A stretch of 64,000 bases of DNA from an uncultured candidate division Zixibacteria bacterium (GTDB taxonomy: Bacteria; Zixibacteria; MSB-5A5; UBA10806; 4484-95): positions 672,001 through 736,000 of the forward strand of contig CAXXKA010000006.1 of assembly GCA_963668625.2 (NCBI GenBank), read 5' to 3'. Under the pieces are notes generated by a model that did no database searches, had not been told where the DNA came from, and saw nothing but the letters and a program-made list of their open reading frames with translations. This document shows, one piece after another, positions 9,534 to 20,298 of the stretch. Numbering within the stretch: the stretch's first letter is position 1; every line of letters starts with the position of its first letter. The translations under genes and the position numbers were made by a program.

Positions 9534-10547
9534 ATGGAAGATTTACTTAGTCAATTACAGGAGTTCGAAAAAACCGCTTTAGAGAAAATCGCCAACGCTA
9601 AATCTAAGGATGATTTCGAAACCCTACGCATTGAGATACTCGGCCGGAAAGGTAAGTTAGCCGACTATTCGAAAATGCTCGGCAAGGCGCCGAAAGAATT
9701 AAAACCAAAACTGGGCGCCGAGTTAAATCGTCTTAAAAAACTCTTCCAGGGTAAAATCGATGATGGAAAATCTGGCACGGCCGGCGAAAGCTCTGCCGAT
9801 TTTTTCGATTATACATTGCCTGTAAGGTCATCATTTATCGGAAATAAACATCCACTACTAAAAACTCTCGATGAAATGTTACATATTTTCCACGGAATGG
9901 GATTCGAGATCGCCTCGGGCCCGGATATCGAGACCGATTTTTTCAATTTCGATGCCTTAAACACGCCCGATGATCACCCCTCAAGGGATTTATCCGATAC
10001 GTTCTATGTCGATAAAGGCGTTTGCTTGCGAACGCATACCTCGCCGGTTCAGATTCGCACCATGCAGAATCAGGAACCGCCGGTACGTATTGTCGCTCCG
10101 GGCAGATGTTATCGTTCGGATACGCCTGATGCCTCACATATGCCGGTGTTCTACCAATGTGAGGGGCTGTATGTGGATAAAGGCGTAACCCTGGCCGATA
10201 TGAAAGGCACTATCACTGCTTTTGCCCAGGCTATGTTCGGCAAGGGGGTCAGGGTCAGGTTCAGGCCTCATTTCTTTCCCTTTACCGAGCCCTCTGTGGA
10301 GTATGATATTTCCTGCGTTATTTGTGGCGGCAAAGGTTGTCGTGTATGCAAATATAACGGCTGGCTGGAGATTTCCGGAGCGGGTATGGTCGATCCCAAC
10401 GTGTTCGAAGCGGTTGGCTACGATCCCGAGAAATACACCGGTTTCGCCTGGGGGATGGGGGTTGATAGAATTACCATGATCCGTTACGGTGTTACCGATA
10501 TCAGGTTGCTTTACGAAAATGATATCAGGTTCTTGAGGCAGTTCTAA
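9534..10547 (+). CDS. pheS: Phenylalanine--tRNA ligase alpha subunit
   Basis: LRTHTSPVQIR, FRPHFFPFTEPS, GFAWGMG, NDIRFLRQF. Confidence 0.99.
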   Translation: MEDLLSQLQEFEKTALEKIANAKSKDDFETLRIEILGRKGKLADYSKMLGKAPKELKPKLGAELNRLKKLFQGKIDDGKSGTAGESSADFFDYTLPVRSSFIGNKHPLLKTLDEMLHIFHGMGFEIASGPDIETDFFNFDALNTPDDHPSRDLSDTFYVDKGVCLRTHTSPVQIRTMQNQEPPVRIVAPGRCYRSDTPDASHMPVFYQCEGLYVDKGVTLADMKGTITAFAQAMFGKGVRVRFRPHFFPFTEPSVEYDISCVICGGKGCRVCKYNGWLEISGAGMVDPNVFEAVGYDPEKYTGFAWGMGVDRITMIRYGVTDIRLLYENDIRFLRQF

Positions 10548-12934
10548 TGAAGATTAGCTATAACTGGTTAAAGGAATTCATAGATTTCGATTGCTCGCCC
10601 GAAGAACTGGCGGGTGTCATGACTGTCACCGGCTCCGAGGTAGAAGCAATGGAAGAAGTCGGCGCCTCGCCCGAGGGGATCGTAACGGGGAAGGTGCTAA
10701 AAGTAGAAAAACATCCCGATGCCGACCGCTTGACTGTTTGTACCGTGGATGTCGGCTCCGAGACTTTAACCGCCGTTTGTGGAGCGCCTAATGTCGCCGA
10801 GAACCAGAATATAATATTCGCAAAAGTCGGCGCTGTTTTAGCCGATGGCACGAAACTGAAACGAGCGAAAATACGAGGTGTGGAATCTTTCGGCATGATA
10901 GTGGCCGAGGATGAGATCGGTATTTCGGATGACCACGGCGGTATAATAGTATTGGATAAGGGTGTAAAGCCCGGCATCGCTATTTCTGAAATAGTTAATC
11001 TTAAAGATTATATATACGAATTGGAGATAACCCCGAACCGACCTGATTGCCTGTCGCATCTGGGAATGGCCAGGGAGATTAAAGCCAAATTGGGCGGTCG
11101 GATAAAATACCCGAGTTTCGAGGTCGAGGAATCCGCCCCGGCAACAGGGAATGATCTGAAAATCGAGATCGATGACCCGGATGGTTGTCCTCGTTATACC
11201 GGCAGGCTGATTTCGGGTGTGAAAATCGCCCCCTCGCCGCTATGGTTGAAAGCCAGACTGCATAGTTTAGGCGTTCGGCCGATCAGCAATGTGGTTGATA
11301 TAACCAATTATGTGTTGATGGAAACCGGCCAGCCGCTTCACGCTTTCGATAATAGCTTCATAGGTACCGGTAAAATCGTGGTCAAAAGAGCCATGGCCGG
11401 CGAGAAATTTATCACCCTGGATGACCAGGAACGCACTTTAAATGCCGAGCATCTGCTAATTACGAACGGGGAGAAAGCAGTTGCTTTAGCCGGTATTATG
11501 GGCGGCCAGAACTCCGAGGTGAACGATAATACGACCGATATACTGCTTGAATCGGCTTATTTCGATGCGGTGGTAACCCGCCGCGGCGCAAAAGCTCTAA
11601 AGATGTCTACTGAAGCCTCACAAAGGTTCGAGCGCGGCGCTGATATCGAGATGGCTCCCCGGGCCAACAACCGTGCCTGCAGCCTGATAGCCGAATTAGC
11701 CGGTGGCAAGGTCCATGAGGGCCTGGTCGATACCTACGTGAAGAAATTCGTACCGGTCGAAATCGCTTTCCGGCCGGAGCGCGCTAATAGCGTATTGGGT
11801 TTCGATATCAAAGCTGATAATATGCTAAGTATTTTCGATGGCCTCGATATCACTTACGAAAAAAGCGAACCGCTGAAAGTCATCCAGCCGTCATTCCGTC
11901 CCGATTTAGTCAGGGAGATCGACCTGGTAGAGGAGATTGCCAGGATATATGGTCTGGATAATATCGAAAATAGCTACCGTCCCGGAGGAACATTAGAAAC
12001 CGAGATCGATCCGAAACTGCGATTCAGGAATAACCTGCGCGATTATTTGGTTAGCCGCGGATTTTTCGAGGCGTTCTCCATTACGCTGATTGATAGTAAG
12101 CAACTTCAAAAGATTAATAATGATGCTAAAACCGTATCCTTGATGAACCCGTTGTCCGAGGAGATGTCCGATCTTCGGCCGGACTTGATTATTTCCATGC
12201 TTAAAATACTAAAGCATAATATCAATTTTGGAAACAAGGATGCTAAATTATATGAAATCGGCTCCGCTTATTTGCCAAACGGCACGGAGCGTCCGGATGA
12301 ACCTGCATATATATGTATAGGGACAACCGGTAACGAACGCCCAACGAGCTGGCATCACACGGAAACACCGGGCGATTTTTACTCGATAAAAGCCGAGTTG
12401 GAGGCTATAGCTGAGTATTTCAAACTGGGTAAGTTGCAGTTGGCGCCGCAGGGAAATCCTTATTATAATGATGAGCAGTCCTTTAAGATTTATATAGATA
12501 ATGATAAAAAGATACTGGGTGTCGTTGGCAAGGTATCGAAAACCACCGCCAAGACAATAGGATTAAAGCAGGATAGCTATATCGCCCAGCTTGATATTGA
12601 TTTGATTGCCGAACTTGCATTAAAGCCGATGAAATTTTCCGAGCTGCCGAAATTCCCCTCAACCGACAGGGATATAGCGCTCGTAGTCGATAACAATATA
12701 CCGGCATTGGATATCATAAACTCGATTTATAAAGCGGGCGGTAAAATAGTTGTTGATGTTTTCCCGTTTGACTTGTATAAAGGTGAAAATATTGCAGAGG
12801 GTAGAAAGAGTATTGCCTTTAGGATCATCTACAGGTCCGATGATAAAACTCTCACCGATGCTGAAACCGATAAAGTACATGATAGAGTAGTAAAAGAGGT
12901 CACGAAAAGCTTTGGTGCTGAATTAAGAGCTTGA
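10547..12934 (+). CDS. pheT: Phenylalanine--tRNA ligase beta subunit
   Basis: MKISYNWL, HPDADRL, VCGAPN, TPNRPDCLS, RFERG, FDX-ACB C-terminus. Confidence 0.99.
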   Translation: MKISYNWLKEFIDFDCSPEELAGVMTVTGSEVEAMEEVGASPEGIVTGKVLKVEKHPDADRLTVCTVDVGSETLTAVCGAPNVAENQNIIFAKVGAVLADGTKLKRAKIRGVESFGMIVAEDEIGISDDHGGIIVLDKGVKPGIAISEIVNLKDYIYELEITPNRPDCLSHLGMAREIKAKLGGRIKYPSFEVEESAPATGNDLKIEIDDPDGCPRYTGRLISGVKIAPSPLWLKARLHSLGVRPISNVVDITNYVLMETGQPLHAFDNSFIGTGKIVVKRAMAGEKFITLDDQERTLNAEHLLITNGEKAVALAGIMGGQNSEVNDNTTDILLESAYFDAVVTRRGAKALKMSTEASQRFERGADIEMAPRANNRACSLIAELAGGKVHEGLVDTYVKKFVPVEIAFRPERANSVLGFDIKADNMLSIFDGLDITYEKSEPLKVIQPSFRPDLVREIDLVEEIARIYGLDNIENSYRPGGTLETEIDPKLRFRNNLRDYLVSRGFFEAFSITLIDSKQLQKINNDAKTVSLMNPLSEEMSDLRPDLIISMLKILKHNINFGNKDAKLYEIGSAYLPNGTERPDEPAYICIGTTGNERPTSWHHTETPGDFYSIKAELEAIAEYFKLGKLQLAPQGNPYYNDEQSFKIYIDNDKKILGVVGKVSKTTAKTIGLKQDSYIAQLDIDLIAELALKPMKFSELPKFPSTDRDIALVVDNNIPALDIINSIYKAGGKIVVDVFPFDLYKGENIAEGRKSIAFRIIYRSDDKTLTDAETDKVHDRVVKEVTKSFGAELRA

Positions 12935-12959
12935 AGTGAATTTCTTAATATGTTATAAT
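12931..12959 (+). promoter_or_regulatory. sigma70 promoter for zapB-zapA-rny
   Basis: TTGAAG-N17-TATAAT with extended -10 TG. Confidence 0.65.
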
Positions 12960-12967
12960 AAGGCAAG

Positions 12968-13276
12968 TTGATGGATACTACAAAAGAAAATATAGATGGA
13001 AGCATCCAAAAGCTGGAGACCATAGTATTATCTGCTGTCTCTGAAATTGGCGAGCTTAAAGAAAATAACAATAAGCTTCGTAGCGAAATCAATGAGCTGA
13101 AACGCTTGTTGGCGTTAAGCGAGAAAAAAGCTGAAAGACTTCGCGGGGAGTTGGACGAGATGAAAAATAACGGCCAACAATCCTGGCAAAATCGCGAGAA
13201 AGATATCAAGAACAGATTGGTTCGTCTTTCCGCTAAAATTTCGGCGTTCGAAAATAATTATTCAATGAAGAGTTAA
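12968..13276 (+). CDS. ZapB-like coiled-coil protein
   Basis: Heptad coiled coil LKENNNKLRSEINELK; pheT-X-zapA synteny. Confidence 0.7.
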   Translation: MMDTTKENIDGSIQKLETIVLSAVSEIGELKENNNKLRSEINELKRLLALSEKKAERLRGELDEMKNNGQQSWQNREKDIKNRLVRLSAKISAFENNYSMKS

Positions 13277-13313
13277 CCTTTAATATAGATAGATTGGGGA
13301 GATCGCTAATTCA

Positions 13314-13592
13314 ATGGATCAAAGCAGGCTGAAAGTAACGATTTTCGGCAAAGACTATGCACTCAAGGCTGATACTAGCCATGAATATATAAATGAAACC
13401 GCCCGGTATCTTGACAGCAAAATGAACGACATAGCCGATAAACACGGCGATCAATCCGATACGCGGCTGGCGGTTTTAGCCGGTTTAAACATCACGGATG
13501 AATTGTTTAGACTTAAAAAGCAAGTACCAGCAAACCTTGAGGAAAAAATCAATAATCTTGCCGAAATCCTTCAAGCTGCTTTAGACGAATAG
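13314..13592 (+). CDS. zapA: Cell division protein ZapA
   Basis: KVTIFGKDYAL, ARYLDSKM, LAVLAGLNITDEL. Confidence 0.93.
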   Translation: MDQSRLKVTIFGKDYALKADTSHEYINETARYLDSKMNDIADKHGDQSDTRLAVLAGLNITDELFRLKKQVPANLEEKINNLAEILQAALDE

Positions 13593-13620
13593 CTATCTCG
13601 CCATCGCCTGAGGAGGCGTA

Positions 13621-15183
13621 ATGGACGAATCAATTATAATTATTATTGCAGCTACTGCAGTAATTGTCGCCTTCCTTATTGGCTTTTTTATCTCCCGTCG
13701 CTCCGGTGAAAAGAAGATGGCGCGGGCCGAGGAATTAGCCAATAAAATCCTCGAGGAAGCCGAAAAATCGGCAGCCGTTAAGAAAAAAGAGGCGGTTTTA
13801 GAAGCCAAAGACTACTGGCTTAAAGAGAAATCCAAGTTTGAAAGGGAAACATCAAACAAGAGAACCGAAATTCAGCGCCTGGAAACCCGCTTACGCGATA
13901 AGGAACAGGCGCTTAATCGTAAGGTGGATATTTTAAACACCAAAGAGAAAGATATCGGTGGGCGAGAACGTACCCTTTCAACTAAAGAACGCGCTATTGA
14001 GAATAAAGAAAACCAACTTGATAACCTGATCGCCGAGCAGAACACACAGCTCGAGAAGATTGCCGGCTTAACCTCGGAAGAAGCCAAAAAAATCCTTATG
14101 GAAAATCTCGAGGCCGAGGCCAGGAGAGAGGCGGCTAAGCTGATTAAGGATATCAAGGAGAAAGCAGAGAGGGATGCCGAGAAGGAAGCCAAGAATATCA
14201 TTATCCAGGCTATCCAGAGATGCGCGGCGGACTACACCATGGAATCTTGCGTATCGGTGGTTAATATCCCTAATGATGAGATGAAAGGCCGAATTATCGG
14301 CAGAGAGGGTAGAAATATCCGCTCGTTCGAGACCGCCAGCGGTATCGATGTTATAGTTGATGACACACCCGAGGCGATCATCCTGTCCGGGTACGATCCC
14401 ATTCGCCGTGAAATCGCCCGCCTGGCGATGGAGAAGCTTATCATGGATGGACGTATTCACCCGGCGCGTATCGAGGAAGTAGTTGCCAAAGCCGAGAAGG
14501 AGATGGAGGTCATCATTCGCGAAATAGGCGAACAGGCCTGTTTCGATATCGGCGTTCACGGTATCAACCCCGATATAGTCACGCTTCTTGGCAAGCTCAA
14601 CTATCGTACCAGTTATGGCCAGAATGTTTTACAGCACGCCAAAGAGGTGGCGTTCCTGTGCGGAATCATGGCCGCCGAGCTGGGCCTCGATCCTAATATT
14701 GCCAAACGTGCAGGTTTGCTGCACGATATAGGTAAAGCTATCGATAGGGAAACCGAGGGCACGCACACCGAGCTGGGCGTGGAATTCATCTCTAAATTTA
14801 ACGAAAACGCGGCTGTCATAAACGCCATCGCCAGCCATCACGAGGATGTCCCGATGGAGACACCTTATGCGGTAATGGTACAAGCTGCAGATGCTATCTC
14901 GGGCGCTCGTCCCGGCGCGAGACGTGAAACCCTTGAGGGCTATGTCAAACGTCTGGAGAAACTGGAAGAGATGGCCGACTCGTTCGGCGGCGTGGGCAAA
15001 GCCTATGCTATTCAGGCCGGTCGTGAGATCAGGGTAATTGCCGAATCGGATAAAATCGATGACGTAACCTGTTCGCAGCTTGCCGGTGATATCGCCCGCA
15101 AGATCGAGCAGGAGATGGAATATCCCGGCCAGATCAAGGTAACAGTCATACGAGAAACCAGAAGTGTGGAGTATGCCAAGTAA
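13621..15183 (+). CDS. rny: Ribonuclease Y
   Basis: N-terminal TM helix, coiled coil, KH ([13 protein letters not shown]), HD (LLHDIGK), RPGARRE. Confidence 0.98.
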   Translation: MDESIIIIIAATAVIVAFLIGFFISRRSGEKKMARAEELANKILEEAEKSAAVKKKEAVLEAKDYWLKEKSKFERETSNKRTEIQRLETRLRDKEQALNRKVDILNTKEKDIGGRERTLSTKERAIENKENQLDNLIAEQNTQLEKIAGLTSEEAKKILMENLEAEARREAAKLIKDIKEKAERDAEKEAKNIIIQAIQRCAADYTMESCVSVVNIPNDEMKGRIIGREGRNIRSFETASGIDVIVDDTPEAIILSGYDPIRREIARLAMEKLIMDGRIHPARIEEVVAKAEKEMEVIIREIGEQACFDIGVHGINPDIVTLLGKLNYRTSYGQNVLQHAKEVAFLCGIMAAELGLDPNIAKRAGLLHDIGKAIDRETEGTHTELGVEFISKFNENAAVINAIASHHEDVPMETPYAVMVQAADAISGARPGARRETLEGYVKRLEKLEEMADSFGGVGKAYAIQAGREIRVIAESDKIDDVTCSQLAGDIARKIEQEMEYPGQIKVTVIRETRSVEYAK

Positions 15184-15598
15184 TCATAGCTTTTTAGCCG
15201 GCTCGAATGTCGCCGTATTCGGTGTTTCGCCGAAACGTAAAACATTTGCACATACGGTAAAGGAGGCGCTTTCTAACGCCGGTTATAATGTCTATACTAT
15301 ACATCCCTCCGGCGATACCGATAGTTTCAAAGACCTGGAGTCGTTGCCGGAAAAAACAGAGGCGGTGTATATCGCCACCGGTAAAGCTAATTCCTCGAAA
15401 ATAGTTGACCAGGCGATTAGCTACGGCGCGAAACGTGTCTGGCTTCAATTCGGCGCGTACGATAAAGAGATCGTTAAGAAATGCAAGGATGCCGGCATGG
15501 AAACACATACCGGCTGCTTAATGATGTATATTCCTGATGCCGGTGTTATGCACGTCGTACATCGCTTTGTTCATGAGTTATTAGCAGGCAAGCCATGA
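15173..15598 (+). CDS. CoA-binding protein (YccU-like)
   Basis: [28 protein letters not shown]. Confidence 0.85.
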   Translation: MPSNHSFLAGSNVAVFGVSPKRKTFAHTVKEALSNAGYNVYTIHPSGDTDSFKDLESLPEKTEAVYIATGKANSSKIVDQAISYGAKRVWLQFGAYDKEIVKKCKDAGMETHTGCLMMYIPDAGVMHVVHRFVHELLAGKP

Positions 15599-16380
15599 AA
15601 GCTCTATTCATTGGCGATTTAATGGGCGATCCGGGATTCAAGGCGGTCAAACGGGCTTTTAATTCGTTGAAAGAGCAAAAACGAGAATTCGATTTTGTTA
15701 TTGCCAACGTGGAAAACGCCGCCGATGGTTTCGGAGTTAAAAAGGCCACGCTGGATGATTTGAAAAAATTCGATTTCGATTGCATGACCTCCGGAAATCA
15801 TATCTGGGATCGGCCGGATATCTATAAATTCATCAATGAGGAACCAACCCTGATACGTCCTGCCAACTATCCTCCGGGTAATCCCGGTTTTGGCTGGCAG
15901 ATATTCGAGACCGATGACAACCTTAAAGTCGCGGTCATCAACCTTCAGGGAAGGATTTTCATGCAGCAGGTCGATTGCCCGTTTCAAGAGGCTGATAAGA
16001 TATTGGAACAAATAGGGGATGAGTGCAAGATCATCATAGTGGATTTCCACGCCGAGGCTACCAGCGAAAAACAGGCTATGGCCTGGTATCTGGATGGCCG
16101 GGTATCGGCGGTGATTGGCACGCACACTCACGTTCAAACCGCCGATCAAAGAATATTGCCAAACGGCACGGGTATGATTACCGATGTCGGTATGTGCGGC
16201 TCGTACGATTCCGTGATTGGCATGGAGGTGGATGACGCCTTGTTTCGGCTTCTGAAAAGCAGACCGAATCGGCTTAAAATAGCAACTAAGAATGTTAAAT
16301 TTTCCGGTCTGGAGCTTGAAATAGACGATATCACAGGTAAGTGCAAAGATTTAAACAGAATATTTATCGATACGGATTAG
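15595..16380 (+). CDS. ymdB: YmdB/TIGR00282 metallophosphoesterase
   Basis: FIGDLMG, NVENAA, TSGNH, DFHAEATSEK, GTHTHVQTAD; located after rny. Confidence 0.95.
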   Translation: MKALFIGDLMGDPGFKAVKRAFNSLKEQKREFDFVIANVENAADGFGVKKATLDDLKKFDFDCMTSGNHIWDRPDIYKFINEEPTLIRPANYPPGNPGFGWQIFETDDNLKVAVINLQGRIFMQQVDCPFQEADKILEQIGDECKIIIVDFHAEATSEKQAMAWYLDGRVSAVIGTHTHVQTADQRILPNGTGMITDVGMCGSYDSVIGMEVDDALFRLLKSRPNRLKIATKNVKFSGLELEIDDITGKCKDLNRIFIDTD

Positions 16381-16397
16381 ATATAGCAGGTAGTAAG

Positions 16398-17282
16398 ATG
16401 GGCGAGATTATTGACGGCAAAAAAACAGCTAATGAAATTAAAGATGAGCTTAAGGTTGAGGTAGAGAGGCTTAAAAGCAAAGGCCATACTCCGGGCCTGG
16501 CAGGTGTGTTAGTCGGGGATGACCCGGCCTCGGCAATGTATGTTAGCATGAAAGAGAAAGCTTGTAAGAAGCTCGGGATATTCGTAGAAAAATTCATTCG
16601 CCCGAGCGATTTCGCCGAGTCGGATTTGCTCGAGCTGATCGATTCTTTGAATGCCCGCGATGATATTCACGGCATACTCGTACAATCGCCGTTGCCAAAA
16701 CATATCGATGAGGGCAAGGCGATTCTACGTATCGATCCGCGTAAAGATGTCGATGGTTTCCACCCGATAAGCCAGGGTTTGATGTTGGCCGGTAAGCCCG
16801 CTTTTTTGCCTGCAACCCCATTTGGAATATTAGAATTACTGCATAGATCGGGCCATAGTATCAGCGGCAAGCATGTTGTCGTGCTTGGCCGGGGATACCT
16901 GGTTGGCCGCCCGTTGGCGGTACTGCTGGGATTGAAAAACGAGAAAGCCAACGCCACGGTTACGTTATGCCATACCGGCACTCCGAATATCCCGGATATC
17001 TGCCGTCAGGCGGATGTTATAATCGCCGCTATGGGGCAGGCGCATTATCTGAAAAAGGATATGGTCAAACCCGGCGCGGTTGTCGTGGATGTCGGCACGA
17101 ACCAGATAAAAGATCCCAGCCATCCAAAAGGAAAACGCCTTGTTGGCGATGTCGATTTCGAGAGCGTGATGGAGGTGGCAAAGGCCGTTACGCCGGTGCC
17201 AGGCGGTGTCGGCCCGATGACCATCGCGATGCTTTTAACCAATACCGTTCAAGCCTGCAAAAATATGATTAACGATGTCTGA
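16398..17282 (+). CDS. folD: Methylene-THF dehydrogenase/cyclohydrolase
   Basis: IIDGKK, KDVDGFHP, PATPFG, TPVPGGVGPMT. Confidence 0.97.
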   Translation: MGEIIDGKKTANEIKDELKVEVERLKSKGHTPGLAGVLVGDDPASAMYVSMKEKACKKLGIFVEKFIRPSDFAESDLLELIDSLNARDDIHGILVQSPLPKHIDEGKAILRIDPRKDVDGFHPISQGLMLAGKPAFLPATPFGILELLHRSGHSISGKHVVVLGRGYLVGRPLAVLLGLKNEKANATVTLCHTGTPNIPDICRQADVIIAAMGQAHYLKKDMVKPGAVVVDVGTNQIKDPSHPKGKRLVGDVDFESVMEVAKAVTPVPGGVGPMTIAMLLTNTVQACKNMINDV

Positions 17283-18480
17283 TAAGATTCTAAGTGTTAC
17301 TGATTTAACAAGATCAATAAAACTTCAACTTGAAAACAACTTCCCCCGAATCTGGGTCGAGGGAGAGATTTCCAATTATATCAACCACTCCTCGGGACAT
17401 CGCTATTTCACATTAAAAGATGAGAATGCCCAGATCAAAGGCGTTATCTGGCGAAGCGCCGGACGCAACCTGACTTTCGAGCCCGAGAACGGCATGAAAA
17501 TTAAAGCCCAGGGGCAGGTAACTGTATACGAAAAATCGGGGCAATACCAGTTAATCGTAACGAAAATACAACAGGCTGGGATAGGCGAGCTGGAACTGGC
17601 ATTCCAGAAACTCAAAGCCAAACTCGATAAAGAGGGGCTTTTCGATCAAAGTCATAAAAAAGCAATACCCCGGTATTCCGAAAGAATCGGGCTGGTAACC
17701 TCTGCGACCGGAGCAGCGGTGAGGGATATAATAAACGTGATGACCCGTCGCGCGCCCTGGGTGGAGATCGTACTCAGGCCGGCGGCCGTTCAGGGGGTGG
17801 GCGCGGCCGAGGATATCGCAACGGCTATAAATGAGTTTAACGAGTTTGGCCGGGTAGATTTATTGATTGTCGGTCGCGGTGGTGGATCATTAGAGGACCT
17901 TTGGCCGTTTAATGAGGAGATAACAGCCCGGGCGATATTCGCCTCGAAAATACCGGTGATCTCGGCGGTAGGGCATCAGATAGATTTCTCGATTTCCGAT
18001 TTCGTAGCCGATATGCGAGCCCCGACTCCCTCGGCGGCCGCCGAACTGGCTGTTCCCGACGGTGCGGAATTGAAAGCTTATTTCAAGGATGGCTATCGCA
18101 GGTTATGTCAGGGACAACTGGAGTATGTCTCCGATCTGAAAGAGGAGCTATACGGCCTGGGTAAACGTTATGGCCTGCGCAAGCCGATGGAGATAATCAA
18201 TGCTCGTATGCAGCGTCTGGATGAACTGGAATTGAATTTCAAACGCAGTTCGATCTATATGGCGGAGAGATTCAAGAACACGCTCGATATGGTTAATGCG
18301 AAACTTAAAGCGGCCTCGCCTAAAGCTATAATGCAGAGAGGTTACGCTTATGTGACTCTGGCCGACACCGGGGCGACCGTAAAATCATTTACGGAGGTGG
18401 CGGTTAGTGATATAGTAGATGTAAAATTGTTTAAAGGTGGATTCAAAGCGGGGGTAAGCAGTGTTAGGGGTGAGTCGTGA
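17275..18480 (+). CDS. xseA: Exodeoxyribonuclease VII large subunit
   Basis: WVEGEISN, SGHRYFTLKD, GRGGGSLEDLW, RAPTPSAAAE. Confidence 0.97.
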   Translation: MSDKILSVTDLTRSIKLQLENNFPRIWVEGEISNYINHSSGHRYFTLKDENAQIKGVIWRSAGRNLTFEPENGMKIKAQGQVTVYEKSGQYQLIVTKIQQAGIGELELAFQKLKAKLDKEGLFDQSHKKAIPRYSERIGLVTSATGAAVRDIINVMTRRAPWVEIVLRPAAVQGVGAAEDIATAINEFNEFGRVDLLIVGRGGGSLEDLWPFNEEITARAIFASKIPVISAVGHQIDFSISDFVADMRAPTPSAAAELAVPDGAELKAYFKDGYRRLCQGQLEYVSDLKEELYGLGKRYGLRKPMEIINARMQRLDELELNFKRSSIYMAERFKNTLDMVNAKLKAASPKAIMQRGYAYVTLADTGATVKSFTEVAVSDIVDVKLFKGGFKAGVSSVRGES

Positions 18481-18812
18481 ACACCGATACCAGAATTTAT
18501 CATTCAATTTCGGAAGTGGCGGATATGCTCGGAGTCGAGGCTTATGTGCTTCGGTTTTGGGAGAAAGAATTCGCCCAACTTCGACCCAAGAAAAACAGGG
18601 CCGGTAATCGCGTTTATCAACAGAAAGATATCGACCTGTTGATGCAAATCAAATATCTCCTGTATGACAAGGGATTTACTATCGAGGGCGCCCGGAATCA
18701 TATGAAAAAAGAATCCGGCTCCAACGGTAACCGTCTTAAAACAGAGATGGCGGTAAAGCTTTTGGGAGAAATTAGAGGCGATATTGACGGGCTTTTAAAG
18801 CTTTTCCCTTGA
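18477..18812 (+). CDS. MerR family transcriptional regulator
   Basis: SISEVADMLGVEAYVLRFWEKEF..LRPKK...GNRVY; commonly found upstream of tRNA-Pro. Confidence 0.9.
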   Translation: MNTDTRIYHSISEVADMLGVEAYVLRFWEKEFAQLRPKKNRAGNRVYQQKDIDLLMQIKYLLYDKGFTIEGARNHMKKESGSNGNRLKTEMAVKLLGEIRGDIDGLLKLFP

Positions 18813-18852
18813 TATTGCTTTAAAAATATCTATATTGGGAAAACCTTTGTGT

Positions 18853-18930
18853 CGGGGCGTAGCGCAGCCTGGTTAGCGCACCTGCTTGGGGTGCAGGAGG
18901 TCGGCCGTTCAAATCGGCTCGCCCCGACCA
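18853..18930 (+). tRNA. tRNA-Pro(GGG)
   Basis: cggggcg...cgccccg-acca; anticodon arm cctgc-tt-GGG-gt-gcagg. Confidence 0.97.
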
Positions 18931-19040
18931 TTTTAAAAGATTCACCGATTAGTATGGAATATTTTAGCTTTTCATTAGTATAATTCATCAGATGTAGAAA
19001 TATTTTAAGAATCGATTTATTATTTACAAAGGAGAGCGTT

Positions 19041-20288
19041 ATGAGGCTTTCACGCGTTTTATTAATCACAGCCGTTATGGCGTCTTTTATGATCGGATGT
19101 TCAAGACATTCAACCGATCCCAATCCACCACGATCATTATCCAATTATGAAAAGGGCATTGTCGAATCGGGCAACGATTTCGGTATCGAGCTATTTAAAC
19201 AGGTTGCGGCTAATAATCCCGATTCCAATATATGTGTCTCGCCGCTATCGGTGGCTATGGCGCTGGGTATGACCTACAACGGCGCCCGTACCACTACCAA
19301 AGAGGCGATGGATTCCGTGCTTGACCTTACCGGTATGGACATAGCCGAGGTGAACCAGGCCTACCAGAGCCTGATCGATCTTCTCGTGAATCTCGATCCG
19401 GTCGTGCAATTCGAGCTGGCGAACTCTATCTGGTATCGCAATTCCTTCGATATCTCACAGGATTTCGTCGATTTGAACCGGGATTATTTCTACGCCGAGA
19501 TTAACCCGATGGATTTTGGTGACCCGACCGTAGTGGATATCATAAATGGTTGGGTGAACGACCAGACCCATGGCAAGATCGAGGAAATAATCGATCCGCC
19601 TATCAGTCCCAATACTGTTATGTATTTAATAAACGCTATCTATTTCCTGGCGGATTGGAAATACCAGTTCGATCCCGAGGAAACATACGCGTCTGATTTT
19701 TATATCAATGATGATGAAACCTCGAGCTGTAATATGATGAGTCAGTTCAATACTATCAGCTACGTTCAAGAACAGGACGGGCCGTCCGTTGTCAGGCTGC
19801 CTTATGGAAACGGGCTGTATGAGATGGTACTTTTAAGGCCCGCGTACGGGCAATCGGTAGATGAATTCATTGCCGGTCTTGATTCCGAAACGCTTGAGCA
19901 ATGGCTGGAAAATACCTCGGAGGGTGAAGTTGATATTCGTATGCCCAAATTCGAGATGAAATTCGAGGATGAGCTGAAGAACGAACTTTCGGATATGGGT
20001 ATGGGCATAGCTTTCACGCCTAATGTGGCTGATTTTACCGGCATGAAAGGAAGTAACCAGGATATTAAGGACCTTCTCATAAGCAAAGTAATTCATAAAA
20101 CTTTTATCAGGGTGGATGAAGACGGCACCGAGGCCGCCGCGGTTACCGCTGTCGAGATCGAATACACATCGGAGCCAGGTTATCCAACGATAATGTTTAA
20201 CCGGCCTTTCGTGTTTATGATAGTAGAAAATCACTCGGGCACGATATTGTTCACCGGCAGAATGAATTGCCCCCAATGGCCGGAGTAG
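19041..20288 (+). CDS. Serpin (serine protease inhibitor), lipoprotein
   Basis: Lipobox MIGC; SPLSV, INGWV..QTHGKI, NAIYF..W..F, hinge EDGTEAAAVT, FNRPF. Confidence 0.95.
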   Translation: MRLSRVLLITAVMASFMIGCSRHSTDPNPPRSLSNYEKGIVESGNDFGIELFKQVAANNPDSNICVSPLSVAMALGMTYNGARTTTKEAMDSVLDLTGMDIAEVNQAYQSLIDLLVNLDPVVQFELANSIWYRNSFDISQDFVDLNRDYFYAEINPMDFGDPTVVDIINGWVNDQTHGKIEEIIDPPISPNTVMYLINAIYFLADWKYQFDPEETYASDFYINDDETSSCNMMSQFNTISYVQEQDGPSVVRLPYGNGLYEMVLLRPAYGQSVDEFIAGLDSETLEQWLENTSEGEVDIRMPKFEMKFEDELKNELSDMGMGIAFTPNVADFTGMKGSNQDIKDLLISKVIHKTFIRVDEDGTEAAAVTAVEIEYTSEPGYPTIMFNRPFVFMIVENHSGTILFTGRMNCPQWPE

Positions 20289-20298
20289 TGATATATCG

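Noticed and set aside
18830-19144. 104-aa minus-strand ORF
   Set aside because: Antisense to tRNA-Pro and the serpin start; a typical tRNA shadow ORF
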